Below are positions 18,295 through 28,789 of a DNA stretch of 61,109 nucleotides, one piece after another; the stretch's first letter is position 1; every line of letters starts with the position of its first letter. Both the position numbers and the translations under genes were made by a program. The DNA is from Acidobacteriota bacterium. Its GTDB lineage: Bacteria > Acidobacteriota > UBA6911. Below the pieces are notes generated by a model, which was not told the DNA's origin, made no database searches, and was given only the letters and a program-made list of their open reading frames with translations. The DNA is taken from the NCBI GenBank assembly GCA_016933615.1, contig JAFGAO010000086.1:1-61109 (forward strand), in the 5' to 3' direction.

Positions 18295-19452
18295 TCACAT
18301 GTCCGGAATGCCGAACAGCATTCCGGCTCCGATGAGCTCGAGGATCGCCGCGACCAGTATCATCCCGAAAAGCCCGATACCTACGATCAGAGGCCCGGCG
18401 AGAAATCCCCCGATGATTCCCGGCAGCATCACAAACATAAACATCGTATTGATTCCAATCGTGGCCAATTCCGGTTTGACGCTTCTCGTGGCGACCACAG
18501 ACACCCCCGGAGAGCCGCAGACCCCACCGAGCGTCGCCAGCCAGAAAAGAAGCACATACGCCCACATGCTCTTCAGCAGAGGCAGCATGGCGAAAGTCGC
18601 CGCCGCCGATATCAAAAGTGCTATAAACAGCGCCCTTTTTGCGCCGATTTTGTCGATAACAGGCCCCCATATAAAGGTGCCGAGCCCGAGCATCATGGAA
18701 ACGACCGCAAAGAAGACCGCCTGCAATTCCACGGGGGTGTCCAGGAAATCCACAAGCACGTAGGAGAAAGATCCGTATATCGCCTGCCACCCCGTCAGAT
18801 AAATCAGCAACGTTATTCCGGTATACAGGATGGCTCTGTGGCCTATCACTCCCCCGATATCCTTTCCTGAAATTCCTGTCGGACTCTTTATGACCGGGAT
18901 CTTGGCCGGGAGCAGAAACAGAATGGCCAGCACTGCCAGGGCTGATGCAAGATAGTAAAGCCCGACAGATCCTCCCAGAACTTTAACGAGATATCCGCTC
19001 ATAGCCTGGGAACCGCCCATTCCGAGCATCGCGCTTCCCATAGCGAGCGCTACGGCGCTTCCGCGCCTCTGATCTGAAAACAAGAAGGATACGAGAACAA
19101 CATAGACGGACATGAAAGCAAACGGCAGCCCGGAGAATATCCTCCATATTGAAAGGGCAACCCATGATTGGCTGAGCGCGAGCCCGAGATTGGCGACCAC
19201 GGTAACGGCCATGGCTGCCAGGATAATTTCCTTTCTCCTGCCCGTTCTGTCTGCAAGGATTCCTACGGGCAGCAGGATAATCAATCCGATAATCGACGGC
19301 AGTCCCATCGGCAAGGCGGTAACGATCCAGCTTGGAGCTCCAAGTTCCATCGCATGCAGCGGAATGGTCGGAGCGTAGAGCGTACCCGCTGCAGTCCCTA
19401 CAAATGCCGATAAAAGAACAAGTGCCACCCCCCACGTACTTTTTTTATTCAT
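18295..19452 (-). CDS. MFS transporter (12 TMS)
   Basis: GILADRTGRR and GPVIDKIGAK motif A copies; GGAGGTG RBS. Confidence 0.88.
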   Translation of the reverse strand: MNKKSTWGVALVLLSAFVGTAAGTLYAPTIPLHAMELGAPSWIVTALPMGLPSIIGLIILLPVGILADRTGRRKEIILAAMAVTVVANLGLALSQSWVALSIWRIFSGLPFAFMSVYVVLVSFLFSDQRRGSAVALAMGSAMLGMGGSQAMSGYLVKVLGGSVGLYYLASALAVLAILFLLPAKIPVIKSPTGISGKDIGGVIGHRAILYTGITLLIYLTGWQAIYGSFSYVLVDFLDTPVELQAVFFAVVSMMLGLGTFIWGPVIDKIGAKRALFIALLISAAATFAMLPLLKSMWAYVLLFWLATLGGVCGSPGVSVVATRSVKPELATIGINTMFMFVMLPGIIGGFLAGPLIVGIGLFGMILVAAILELIGAGMLFGIPDM

Positions 19453-19506
19453 ACGCCACCTCCGAGCGGACGGAAAAAAACCTTTTGTAATTAGCATATT
19501 TAAATT

Positions 19507-19998
19507 TCAGGGCTGATTCTCATCGTTCACTTTTTTCAGCTCGCGCAGGATAGCCAGGGCGCTTGATCCCGTGGCGAGCTTGGCGATGCGCTCCATCAGC
19601 TCCCGGTTGGCCTGAAATTTCTTTTCCATTTTCGCCTGATACGCCTGCTTCAGGGTATCCATCAGCTTGTCGAGCTCGTAGGGCTTGGGAAGGTAGCCGA
19701 ACGCCCCAAGCTTGGTGCAGTCGACGGCCGAATCCACCGACCCGTGCCCGGTAAGAATGATCACCTCGATGAACTTGTCTTCCTTTTTCAGAATTTCCAG
19801 CACCTGCTTGCCGTCCATCCCGGGCATCTTGAGATCCAGAAGGGCGAGGTCGAACGGCTCCTTTCGCGCGATTTCAACCGCATCGGCGCCCCGCGTGGCC
19901 GTTCGAACGTCGAATCCCCTCATTTCCAGACGCTTGGCCATGGATTCGAGAAAGTTCACCTCGTCGTCCACGATCAATAATTTTATCTTATCCGACAT
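19507..19998 (-). CDS. Response regulator receiver protein with short C-terminal extension
   Basis: VDDE, LDLKMP, LTGHG, YLPKP. Confidence 0.92.
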   Translation of the reverse strand: MSDKIKLLIVDDEVNFLESMAKRLEMRGFDVRTATRGADAVEIARKEPFDLALLDLKMPGMDGKQVLEILKKEDKFIEVIILTGHGSVDSAVDCTKLGAFGYLPKPYELDKLMDTLKQAYQAKMEKKFQANRELMERIAKLATGSSALAILRELKKVNDENQP

Positions 19999-20014
19999 TG
20001 CGCGCTCCTTCCCT

Positions 20015-22048
20015 CTAGAACCCTATATATTGCCAGTAACCATAGATCGTCCATCCCCAGAGCACGGCAAAGGAAAGGACCAGAACAACCGCGCCGTGTT
20101 TCAGGAAATCGGACAGCTCGAGCAGCTGTTCGCCCGTGACCGGGTCTTTCGCCATGGCGTAGGCGATCGCGTTCGACGGCGTGCCGATGACCAGCATGTG
20201 CGCGAAAGAGGACGCGAATGCCGTGACCAGTCCCACCATCCAGGGATGGGTGCCGCTGATCGTCGCCATCGGCACCGTGATGGGCCCTATCGCCGAAACG
20301 GTCGCCCCGTCGCTCATGAAATTCGTGGTTAGCCCGGTGAAAAGGCTCGCCGCCATGGCCAGCCCCGATCCGCTCTGCATGAATTCCGGCAGAATACGCA
20401 GAAAACCGTCCGCCATATAGAGCGCGCCGCCCGTTTCCGCCAATCCCTTTCCAAGCGCGCTGGCGCTGGCGTAAAGCGCCACGACCTCCCAGTGGATCGA
20501 GGTGATGTCGCGCCATTTCAGAATCCGCATCATGTTCAGTGCGACAAGCCCCATGATGATCGGGCCTCCCATGCCGAGCGTGTCGCTGGCGCCGATCCAG
20601 AGAACGACGACGATCAAAAGAACGGCCGCCGTAATGTATTCATTCCGGTTCATGGGTCCGATCTGTTCGGAAGCCTGGCGCACGATGCGGGATACATTCA
20701 GCGGCCCCACCTTCGTTTTCCTGCCGAGAGCGAGATAAAAATAAAGCCCGATGGCCAGAGCCATCACCGGCACGAAAGGCATCCCGTACATCACCCACTG
20801 GCCGAATGTCGGGGCTACATTGTAGTCCTGCAGGATCCCCATCATGATCGCGTTGCGCCCTCCTGCCGCCGGGGAACCCGGCCCGCCGGAATTGGCCGCA
20901 TAGCAGAGCGACAACCCGAAAATTACTGCCAGGGCCCGGTCCTTTTTAACGCCTGCGGCGCGGGTGGCTGAAAAATAGACCATCATGAAAAGAGGCATGA
21001 TGAACGCGACCAGCGCATGCTCGGATACCACGGAGCACGCCATTGCCAGAAGCGGCAGGAAAACGAATAAAAGAAGCGGGAGCGATTTCGCCGGCCCCAG
21101 AAGCAGGAGCCCTATTCGCCGGTCCAGCCCTGTTTTCGAAATGGCGACCGCCAGGGCCAGAACCCCGAAAACGAACAGAACCGCATCCTTGGCATAGGCC
21201 TGCGCGATATCGTCAGGCTTGAAGATTCCGGAAAAATACATGACCACGCCGACCAGAAGGGCCGTGATGCCGACGGGAACCGCCCCCGTGGCCCAAAACA
21301 CGGCGGCGACGATCAGGATGGCCAGCATGACCCGAGCTTTCAGGGAAACCTTCAGCGGAGTCTGGTTTTTCGTGGTTTCCCTGCCGTCTGCGTCCACGAC
21401 GGTGTCGAAAATCTTGTGCTTGCGGCTGTAGTAGTCTGCGATGCTCTCCCCTTCCTGCATCTGGCGATACCCGGCAAATCCCATGTTTATATCGGTCATC
21501 TCGCCGGTCTTCGGCGCCGACAGTATGTCCATCAGCCGCTTCGGGGGGGGCGCCAGCAGTATTGCCGCAAAGATCAGAACACCCAAAAGGATCACTCCGG
21601 GTCGGGAATTGTGCGATCCGCTCAGCCACTTCTTCAGGGATCCTTTTTCCACATGAGGGATTTCATGGCGGGCCATGACGTAAGGCCGGTCCTCCCGGGC
21701 CCTACGGATCATTTCCAGCAGCCGGTCCATTTCGCAGGGCTTTTCGAGGTACCCGTAAGCTTCCAGCTTCCCGGTTTTCATGGCCGATTCCAGGGATCCG
21801 TGACCGGTCAGCATGATCACCTGGACCGCCGGCCGGTATTTTTTCAGCTCCGCAAGGGTCTGCTCTCCGTTCAAGCCGGGCATTCTCAGATCCAGGACCA
21901 CCACATCTATATCGTTGTCCCTTCTGGCGGCCTTGATGGCGTCTTCTCCGCTTCCGGATTCGGTTGTTTCAAATCCTCGAAGGTTGAGGCGCCGGGCCAG
22001 GTCGGATCGGTATTGCGCTTCGTCGTCCACAAGTAATATTTTTGCCAT
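20015..22048 (-). CDS. Receiver-domain::SLC13/DASS-family anion transporter fusion
   Basis: N-terminal receiver (VDDE, LDLRMP, LTGHG, LEKP), then SEHA, PGSPAAGGRN, TNFMSD and GTPSNAI DASS motifs. Confidence 0.9.
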   Translation of the reverse strand: MAKILLVDDEAQYRSDLARRLNLRGFETTESGSGEDAIKAARRDNDIDVVVLDLRMPGLNGEQTLAELKKYRPAVQVIMLTGHGSLESAMKTGKLEAYGYLEKPCEMDRLLEMIRRAREDRPYVMARHEIPHVEKGSLKKWLSGSHNSRPGVILLGVLIFAAILLAPPPKRLMDILSAPKTGEMTDINMGFAGYRQMQEGESIADYYSRKHKIFDTVVDADGRETTKNQTPLKVSLKARVMLAILIVAAVFWATGAVPVGITALLVGVVMYFSGIFKPDDIAQAYAKDAVLFVFGVLALAVAISKTGLDRRIGLLLLGPAKSLPLLLFVFLPLLAMACSVVSEHALVAFIMPLFMMVYFSATRAAGVKKDRALAVIFGLSLCYAANSGGPGSPAAGGRNAIMMGILQDYNVAPTFGQWVMYGMPFVPVMALAIGLYFYLALGRKTKVGPLNVSRIVRQASEQIGPMNRNEYITAAVLLIVVVLWIGASDTLGMGGPIIMGLVALNMMRILKWRDITSIHWEVVALYASASALGKGLAETGGALYMADGFLRILPEFMQSGSGLAMAASLFTGLTTNFMSDGATVSAIGPITVPMATISGTHPWMVGLVTAFASSFAHMLVIGTPSNAIAYAMAKDPVTGEQLLELSDFLKHGAVVLVLSFAVLWGWTIYGYWQYIGF

Positions 22049-22052
22049 GCAT

Positions 22053-22619
22053 TTATCCTTCATCGCCTTTTTCGGAGGCGGCCCGGCTCATTTCCGCTAT
22101 AACCGCATCGCAGAGATCGGCAAGCCGGACCAGTCCCACCGGACGGTCTTTTTCGGTAACAAGAACGGACAGAGTCTGCCATGCCACCATTTTGTCGATG
22201 ACATCCCGGATCGATGCATCGACAGGGACGTGCTCCCCAAATGGATGCATGACCTTTCGTACCGGAAGGGTCGCCGCCCCCTGGCACATTTCCGAAAATT
22301 CGTGCCGGAAGGAACGCAGATGATCCAGGGCCTTCTCAATGATGGTATCGCTGACCCCGGCCTTGTCGAGCGTGTCCTGATCCATTAAAATCCGGCGGCT
22401 TGGCAGAAGGGCTTTCAACAATGCCAGCTGTCCCAGCTTTCCAATAATGCGGCCGTCGGTATCGGCAACCAGCACGGCCTGAAACGGCTGGCGCCCGGGT
22501 TCCATCCTGCGGCGAGACTCTTCGAGTTTGACGACTGCTTCAAGCACCGTTGTTGAAGCATCAACAACCGGATACTCATCCAGCGGCACCATTAGATCGC
22601 CGGCGTTTTTCTTGTTCAT
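22053..22619 (-). CDS. CBS-domain protein
   Basis: AGDLMVPLDEYPVV..TVLEA; VRKVM; PVGLVRLADL. Confidence 0.85.
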   Translation of the reverse strand: MNKKNAGDLMVPLDEYPVVDASTTVLEAVVKLEESRRRMEPGRQPFQAVLVADTDGRIIGKLGQLALLKALLPSRRILMDQDTLDKAGVSDTIIEKALDHLRSFRHEFSEMCQGAATLPVRKVMHPFGEHVPVDASIRDVIDKMVAWQTLSVLVTEKDRPVGLVRLADLCDAVIAEMSRAASEKGDEG

Positions 22620-24337
22620 TGGGCCTCTTCACTCCTGTCGATGGAACGTTTCGATTTCATGGGCAGCACCAGCCTGAATGTGCTGCCTTCTCCCGCGATG
22701 CTATCCACCTCTATTTCCCCACCCAGGTTCCGCACAATGCCGTAGCTGACCGAAAGCCCGAGCCCGGTCCCCTTCCCCACTTCCTTGGTCGTAAAAAAAG
22801 GAACAAACAGTTTCTCCAGAACCTCCGGGGGCATCCCGCTCCCGTTATCCTGGATCGACACAACGATATTGTTGCCGCGCCGGTACGTGGCGACAACGAT
22901 CTCGCCGGGCTTGGAGCCTATGGCATCGCGCGCGTTGTTTACGATATTCAGAATCACCTGCTGCAGTTGATTTCCATCCGTCACCAGCTGCGGCAATGAG
23001 GTGTCGTAATTCCGCACCACTTTCAGATCGGATACTTCGATCTCCTTTCCCAGAAGGCCGTCCATGACGCTGTCAATCAGCAGATGAATGTCCTGCTCCT
23101 GCATGTCGAAGTCGGACCGGCGCACGAATCGCAGCAGCTTCCGGGTGATGTCCCGGCAGCGGAAAGACGAATCCTGAATGGTCTTGAGCCGGTCGCGAAG
23201 CTCCGACTCGCCGACTTTCTGGTTGAATTGCGGATCGAGGAAGTCCAAGAGCAGGCCCGATTCCGTGGCGATAACGGCCAGGGGATTATTGATCTCATGG
23301 GCGATGCCCGCCGCCAGTTCGCCGACAGACGCAAGTTTGGCCGCGTGTTCGAGCTGCGCCCGGGTTTGGTCCGCCTGTTTCTGCTGGGCGACCAGTTTGC
23401 TTGAGCGGTCCAATATAACGATGACGGCTATCAGCAGCAGTGCGGCGGAAACGATCAGCGGGCGCATCTGGAAATCGCTGAAAATCCTTCCGGCATCCGT
23501 TAGAGACTGAACGATCAGGCACCATTCCGCATTGCGGAGCCAGCGGAATGCGTACTGGCGGGACAAGCCTTCCGCCTTGAAAGTTCCCTCGCCGTATTTC
23601 CGGTCGAAAGGCGCCGCGATGGGGCTCTTGTCCAGAGGCTGGCCTATGATTCCGTCGACCAGTTGGTAGCGCCCCTCGACATTGACGATGCTGGTGGTGA
23701 CGTCGCCCGCCGCCTGCTGCGAATGGATATATTCATACATGCGCGCCGGATCGAGCGTCGCGCGCAGGACTATAATTTCGTCTTTGTAGAGCCGGCTCAC
23801 CGCAATGGTGAAGTGAAGCTGTCGGCGGAATCCCGTGTAGATGTCCGATATGACAAACGGATCCCTGTTCTGCAGAAGCGTTACGTACCACTGTTCGTCC
23901 CGGTAGCTCCGGGATTCAAGCGACGGATGGGGACCGGCATAGACCAGCTGAATTCCACGGGGATCGAAAAATCCGAGGTCGACGAACGCATCGCTCACCC
24001 GCTTCAGATCCTCCAGATATTCCTCCATTTCTTTTGGCGGGGGGGGGATGGAGAAGCGGGGATGGTCGATCAGGTTGGCCAGATTCAGCCGGCGTTCCGT
24101 CAAGAAGAGATCCAGGGTGTTGGCCTGGTGTTCGGCGATCGCGCCGAGATGTATCCGCCTGTTTTGCTCCTCGATGCCGATGGAACGGTAATGGAAATAC
24201 ACGATCAGGATGATCAGGGGAGCCAGATAGGTGACGCTCATGCGCACGACCTGGCGGCGGCGCCATTCGCGGTAATGTTCGGCTTTGTACGGCAAGGATT
24301 CAACGGTTATCGAACGGGCTCTCCTGGTGTTCGCCAT
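22616..24337 (-). CDS. NtrB-type sensor histidine kinase with periplasmic Cache-like domain
   Basis: Two TM segments; AGIAHEINNPL H-box; QQVILNIVNNA; DNGSG; PFFTTK; GTGLGL. Confidence 0.93.
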   Translation of the reverse strand: MANTRRARSITVESLPYKAEHYREWRRRQVVRMSVTYLAPLIILIVYFHYRSIGIEEQNRRIHLGAIAEHQANTLDLFLTERRLNLANLIDHPRFSIPPPPKEMEEYLEDLKRVSDAFVDLGFFDPRGIQLVYAGPHPSLESRSYRDEQWYVTLLQNRDPFVISDIYTGFRRQLHFTIAVSRLYKDEIIVLRATLDPARMYEYIHSQQAAGDVTTSIVNVEGRYQLVDGIIGQPLDKSPIAAPFDRKYGEGTFKAEGLSRQYAFRWLRNAEWCLIVQSLTDAGRIFSDFQMRPLIVSAALLLIAVIVILDRSSKLVAQQKQADQTRAQLEHAAKLASVGELAAGIAHEINNPLAVIATESGLLLDFLDPQFNQKVGESELRDRLKTIQDSSFRCRDITRKLLRFVRRSDFDMQEQDIHLLIDSVMDGLLGKEIEVSDLKVVRNYDTSLPQLVTDGNQLQQVILNIVNNARDAIGSKPGEIVVATYRRGNNIVVSIQDNGSGMPPEVLEKLFVPFFTTKEVGKGTGLGLSVSYGIVRNLGGEIEVDSIAGEGSTFRLVLPMKSKRSIDRSEEAQ

Positions 24338-24386
24338 CCTTCCCAACCTGTGCAGTCACCGTTCAATATTTTAAAGTGCAATTGGA

Positions 24387-24461
<75 letters not shown>

Positions 24462-24474
24462 TCGCGATATGCTA

Positions 24475-24503
24475 AATTTAGCGTTCCCCGCAGAATCGTG
24501 CAA
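24475..24503 (-). promoter_or_regulatory. Sigma70 promoter of tRNA-Gly
   Basis: TTGCAC-17 nt-TAAATT, 13 nt upstream of the tRNA. Confidence 0.6.
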
Positions 24504-24531
24504 GGGAATTCGAAGTGAAAATCAGGATTGC

Positions 24532-25509
24532 CTAAAACAGCTCCGTGCGCCAAAGATCGTGCAGGTGCACGACCCCGATCACCTTCCGCTCCGGGTCGAC
24601 CACCACCAGGCTCGTGATCTTCAGTTCCTCCATTTTTGCGAGCGCGGCGCCGGCCAGCTCGTTTTCCCGGATCGTCCTGGGGTTTTTGTTCATCACGCGG
24701 TCCGCTCTCAACTTCAACGGATCGGATTCTTTCTCGAGCAGGCGCCTCAAGTCGCCGTCGGAAATGACGCCCGAGAGCATTCCTCTTTCGTCGACCACCG
24801 CGGTCATCCCAAGCGTCTTGCGGGACATTTCGTAAATCACGTCGGGCATGAGGGTGGATTCCCGGACAAGGGGGATGGCATCCCCCTTGTGCATCAGTTC
24901 GCCGACCCGGATAAGTTTTTTGCCGATGCTGCCCGCGGGGTGCAGCGATGCGAAATCCTCCCGCCTGAAACCTTTCCGTTCCATAAGGGCGATGGCCAGG
25001 GCGTCGCCCATGGCCAGGGCGGCCGCCGTGCTGGTTGTCGGCGCCATGCCGAAGGGGCAGGCCTCCTCGTCGACGCTGACGTCGAGGCAGACGTCGGCGA
25101 AACGCGCCAGGCTGGATTTCTTATGACCCGCCAGGGCGATGACCGGCAGTCCCAGCCGCTTGCAGACGTTCAATATCTGCAGGATCTCGCCGGTTTCCCC
25201 GCTTTTGGATACCGCCAGAACGACATCGTCCTTGCCCAGCAGGCCGCAGTCGCCGTGAAGCGCGTCGGCCGCGTGCAGGAAAAATGCCGGGGAGCCGGTG
25301 CTACTGAGGGTCGCGGCGATCTTTTTGCAAATAATTCCCGACTTGCCGAGTCCGGTGACCGCAATTTTTCCCCGGCACTTCTCGGCCATATCGACGGCGC
25401 GCAAAAAAGGATCTTTGACTCGCCCGATAAGATTCCGAATCGCCGCCGCCTCCGATTCCAGCACCCGGACCGCGGCCGCTATGGTCGGGTGAATGCTCTC
25501 TTCTTTCAC
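24532..25509 (-). CDS. kdsD: Arabinose-5-phosphate isomerase (KpsF/GutQ family)
   Basis: GLGKSG; HGDCG; APTTST; HPAG; SIS plus CBS pair. Confidence 0.93.
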   Translation of the reverse strand: MKEESIHPTIAAAVRVLESEAAAIRNLIGRVKDPFLRAVDMAEKCRGKIAVTGLGKSGIICKKIAATLSSTGSPAFFLHAADALHGDCGLLGKDDVVLAVSKSGETGEILQILNVCKRLGLPVIALAGHKKSSLARFADVCLDVSVDEEACPFGMAPTTSTAAALAMGDALAIALMERKGFRREDFASLHPAGSIGKKLIRVGELMHKGDAIPLVRESTLMPDVIYEMSRKTLGMTAVVDERGMLSGVISDGDLRRLLEKESDPLKLRADRVMNKNPRTIRENELAGAALAKMEELKITSLVVVDPERKVIGVVHLHDLWRTELF

Positions 25510-26330
25510 TGTTTTCTCCCGAGCGATCGGCGGATGTTCAGAATATCCTCCACCAGGCGGGGGAAGCGCCTCAATTCGAGCGCGTTCGGCCCGTCGGACA
25601 GGGCTTCTGCGGGGTTATCATGAACTTCAAAGAAAAACCCGTCGACGCCGGCCGCCGCCCCGGCGCGCGCCAGATAGGGCACAAACCGCGAATCGCCGCC
25701 CGAACTGCCCCCCCGTCCTCCGGGAGCCTGAACGGAGTGCGTCACGTCGAATACGACGGGCTGCCCGAAGGAGCGCAGGATGACGAAAGACCGGAAATCG
25801 ACCACCAGGTTGTTGTAGCCGAACGAGGTGCCCCGCTCGGTCACAAGGATATTGCGGTTGCCCGTCCCGCGGGCCTTCGCCAGGACTTTCTCCATTTCCT
25901 GAGGGGAAAGGAACTGGCCCTTTTTCAGGTTCACGCAGCGTCCGCTGCCGGCGGCAGCCTGTATCAGGTCCGTCTGCCGGCAGAGGAAAGCCGGGATCTG
26001 GATGGCGTCGAGAACTTGGGCGGCGGCCGCGACCTGGGCTTTTTCGTGAACGTCGCTCAATACCGGAAGCCCGCAGGTGCGCCGCACTTTTTCGAGGATG
26101 CGCAGGCCCTCCTCGAGCCCGGGTCCGCGGAAGGATTCCCCCGAAGTGCGGTTCGCCTTGTCGTAGGACGCCTTGAAAACAAGGTCGATTTTCATGCGCC
26201 CGGCATAGCCGGCCAGGCGCTCGGCCATCTTCAGACAGTGCTTTTCGCTTTCGATGACGCAGGGCCCCGCGATGAAAAACGGGCGCTCGTCGAGTCCCAG
26301 CGTAAGCGATCCGATTTTAACGCGATTCAT
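25506..26330 (-). CDS. kdsA: KDO8P synthase
   Basis: IAGPCVIES; KANRTS; IPAFLCRQTDL; KKGQF; THSVQ; SDGPN. Confidence 0.96.
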   Translation of the reverse strand: MNRVKIGSLTLGLDERPFFIAGPCVIESEKHCLKMAERLAGYAGRMKIDLVFKASYDKANRTSGESFRGPGLEEGLRILEKVRRTCGLPVLSDVHEKAQVAAAAQVLDAIQIPAFLCRQTDLIQAAAGSGRCVNLKKGQFLSPQEMEKVLAKARGTGNRNILVTERGTSFGYNNLVVDFRSFVILRSFGQPVVFDVTHSVQAPGGRGGSSGGDSRFVPYLARAGAAAGVDGFFFEVHDNPAEALSDGPNALELRRFPRLVEDILNIRRSLGRKQ

Positions 26331-26355
26331 AGCAGGGCTTTCCTCGGTTCTGCGG

Positions 26356-28008
26356 TTACGCTTCCACGATACTCTTCTGGTCCATAGCGGCCGAAGAGTT
26401 TTTCCTGCCCGCTTTCCGCTCTTTCCGGTGCCTGTAGGCCGCTTCGATAAAGCTTGCGAACAGCGGGTGCGGCTCGAGCGGCTTCGACTTGAACTCGGGG
26501 TGGAACTGGCAGCCGAGATACCAGGGGTGTTCCGGCAGTTCGGCGATTTCCACAAAATTCCTGTCGGGGGAATTGCCCGAAAACCTCAAGCCGTAACTCG
26601 TAAGAATCTTCTCGTATTCGCGGTTGAACTCGTAACGGTGGCGGTGGCGCTCGGAAATTTCTTTCTTGCCGTAAACCCGGTACGCCAGGGAGTCGGGCTC
26701 CAGTATGCAGGGATAAGCTCCGAGCCGCATGTTGCCGCCCATTATGTCGCTACCCAGCAGCTCGCGAAGCATGTAAAACACCTTGTGGGGAGTGGCGGGA
26801 TCGAATTCGGAACTGTCGGCATCCAGACCGCAGACGTTCCGGGCGAACTCGATCACAAGGCAGTCCATTCCCAGGCAGATCCCGAAATAGGGGACTTTAT
26901 TGACGCGGGCGTATTTCGCCGCTTTGAGCATCCCGTCGAATCCCCGCTTGCCGAACCCCCCGGGCACGAGAACGGCATCGTACGCACCGAGCTGTTCTTC
27001 AAGCATCGAATCCAGAAGCCCCTCGGATTCCACCCATTTCAGCCTCACATCCAGCTGGTGGGGCAATCCGCCGTGGTAGAGCGCTTCGTTGAGGCTTTTG
27101 TAGGAATCCTCGTACTCGACGTATTTGCCCACGATGCCGATTTCAACCGTATCGACGGGATTGCGGAATCGCCGGATCATGCTCTCCCAGCGGCTCAGGT
27201 CCGGTTCCTTTTCGGGAATATCCAGAAGGCTGACGATCGCGTCGTCCAGCCCTTCACTGTGCAGCACCAGGGGAACCTCGTAAATATTATCCACATCGAG
27301 CGCGGTGATGACGGCGCTTTCCGTGACATTGCAGAACAGGGAGATCTTGGCTTTCAGCTCCCTGGGGAGTAGGCGGTCGGTCCGGCACAGGAGAATATCG
27401 GGCTGAATGCCGATGCTGCGCAGCTCCTTGACGCTGTGCTGCGTCGGTTTCGTCTTCAGTTCGCCGGAGGTCGCAATGAAGGGAACCAGCGTCAGGTGAA
27501 TGAATATCGCATTGTTCCTTCCCGCCTCGTTGCGCATCTGGCGGATGGCTTCCAGGAAAGGAAGGCTTTCGATATCCCCGATGGTTCCCCCGATTTCGAT
27601 GATCGCGACATCCACATCCTCGGCGATGCGGCGGATGGTGGATTTGATTTCGTTCGTGACGTGGGGGATTACCTGGACCGTCTTGCCGAGATACTCTCCT
27701 CTTCTCTCTTTCTCGATAACGGATTCGTAGATTTTTCCGGTGGTGGAATTGTTGTTCCTGGTCAGTCGCACATTGGTAAACCGCTCATAGTGGCCGAGAT
27801 CCAGGTCGGTTTCCGCGCCGTCATCGGTCACGAAAACCTCCCCGTGCTGGAACGGGCTCATGGTGCCCGGGTCCACGTTGATATAGGGATCCAGTTTCAA
27901 GAAGTTGACTTTGAGCCCGCGGGATTCCAGCAGGCTCCCGATAGAGGCGCTCGCCAGCCCCTTTCCCAGGGATGAAAGCACTCCGCCCGTCACAAAAATG
28001 AACTTCAT
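26356..28008 (-). CDS. pyrG: CTP synthase
   Basis: [10 protein letters not shown]; KTKPTQHSV; GICLG; ERHRHRYE; QFHPE. Confidence 0.98.
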   Translation of the reverse strand: MKFIFVTGGVLSSLGKGLASASIGSLLESRGLKVNFLKLDPYINVDPGTMSPFQHGEVFVTDDGAETDLDLGHYERFTNVRLTRNNNSTTGKIYESVIEKERRGEYLGKTVQVIPHVTNEIKSTIRRIAEDVDVAIIEIGGTIGDIESLPFLEAIRQMRNEAGRNNAIFIHLTLVPFIATSGELKTKPTQHSVKELRSIGIQPDILLCRTDRLLPRELKAKISLFCNVTESAVITALDVDNIYEVPLVLHSEGLDDAIVSLLDIPEKEPDLSRWESMIRRFRNPVDTVEIGIVGKYVEYEDSYKSLNEALYHGGLPHQLDVRLKWVESEGLLDSMLEEQLGAYDAVLVPGGFGKRGFDGMLKAAKYARVNKVPYFGICLGMDCLVIEFARNVCGLDADSSEFDPATPHKVFYMLRELLGSDIMGGNMRLGAYPCILEPDSLAYRVYGKKEISERHRHRYEFNREYEKILTSYGLRFSGNSPDRNFVEIAELPEHPWYLGCQFHPEFKSKPLEPHPLFASFIEAAYRHRKERKAGRKNSSAAMDQKSIVEA

Positions 28009-28147
28009 CGCAGCTCCCCCCTTAACGATTCTACCGTAAAGTGCAGATTAACAGTGCCGACATAGCCGTACAAGAAAAGCCTTAGTCCGTTTCCGACAAA
28101 AGGGTTTTTCCAATCCTTTATCCGCTTAATCAAACGAAAAGCCCGGG

Positions 28148-28198
28148 CATCCTTTTCGCGGGGCAGGCCGGATAGCATCCGCTTCGGCGAAAAGGATG
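28148..28198. other. Long intergenic hairpin
   Basis: CATCCTTTTCGC / GCGAAAAGGATG perfect 12-bp arms with inner CGGAT-AGC-ATCCG stem. Confidence 0.65.
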
Positions 28199-28562
28199 GG
28201 AAATGGCGCCCGCTGCGGCAAATTCAAACAAACTCCCGGCCGTCTCGATTGTTTCCGCCACATCTTAAATTCTCTTTTGAAATTGGAGTTGCCGGTCTTT
28301 CGAGGGTCTGGGATATCGTCCGCTTTCCCATGCTTTAGGTTGAATGTGGGTCCAACTTGCATTCGACCGGAACCTTTCGGGTTACGGTATAAGGGAATCG
28401 TATTCTCAAGTCAAGAACTATTTGGGCTTTTTACACAATATGGTGGGCAGAATTGCCCTGCCCCCTCAATATATTGTGGCAAATACTGATATTCAGGCCG
28501 GCGCCAATCTCCGGGATGAAATTTTTGATCAAATTTGGAAGCGCAAGCAAGCTTGCTCACGG

Positions 28563-28589
28563 AAAGCGGCAGCAAGCTGCCGCACTTCA
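28563..28589 (-). repeat. REP-like palindrome TGAAGTGCGGCAGCTTGCTGCCGCTTT
   Basis: GCGGCAGC-AA-GCTGCCGC palindrome next to a related GCAAGC-AA-GCTTGC unit (28543-28556). Confidence 0.6.
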
Positions 28590-28683
28590 TGGCGTCCTTC
28601 GGCGCAAAAACCCAAGCAGCACTGAATGATAGTCTGGCGGACATGAGTCCCACTTCCGTTTGCACCCTTTTTTCGGTGGTTTC

Positions 28684-28712
28684 TTGACGGATCCATTGTT
28701 TGCAACTATGCT
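28684..28712 (+). promoter_or_regulatory. Sigma70 promoter
   Basis: TTGACG-17 nt-TATGCT upstream of 28790. Confidence 0.6.
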
Positions 28713-28789
28713 CTCTGCAATGCTTTATCAGGGGATAGTGGAACTTACGGCCGATTCACGGCAGCGGCTGCATCCCGTGGAGGGGTTCA

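Noticed and set aside
1-24386. Intact integrative element or prophage at tRNA-Gly
   Set aside because: No integrase, phage or conjugation genes, and no att duplicate seen.
28126-28665. Short ORFs in the region upstream of pyrG
   Set aside because: No RBS or motifs, and partly translated palindromic repeat (CGSLLPL).
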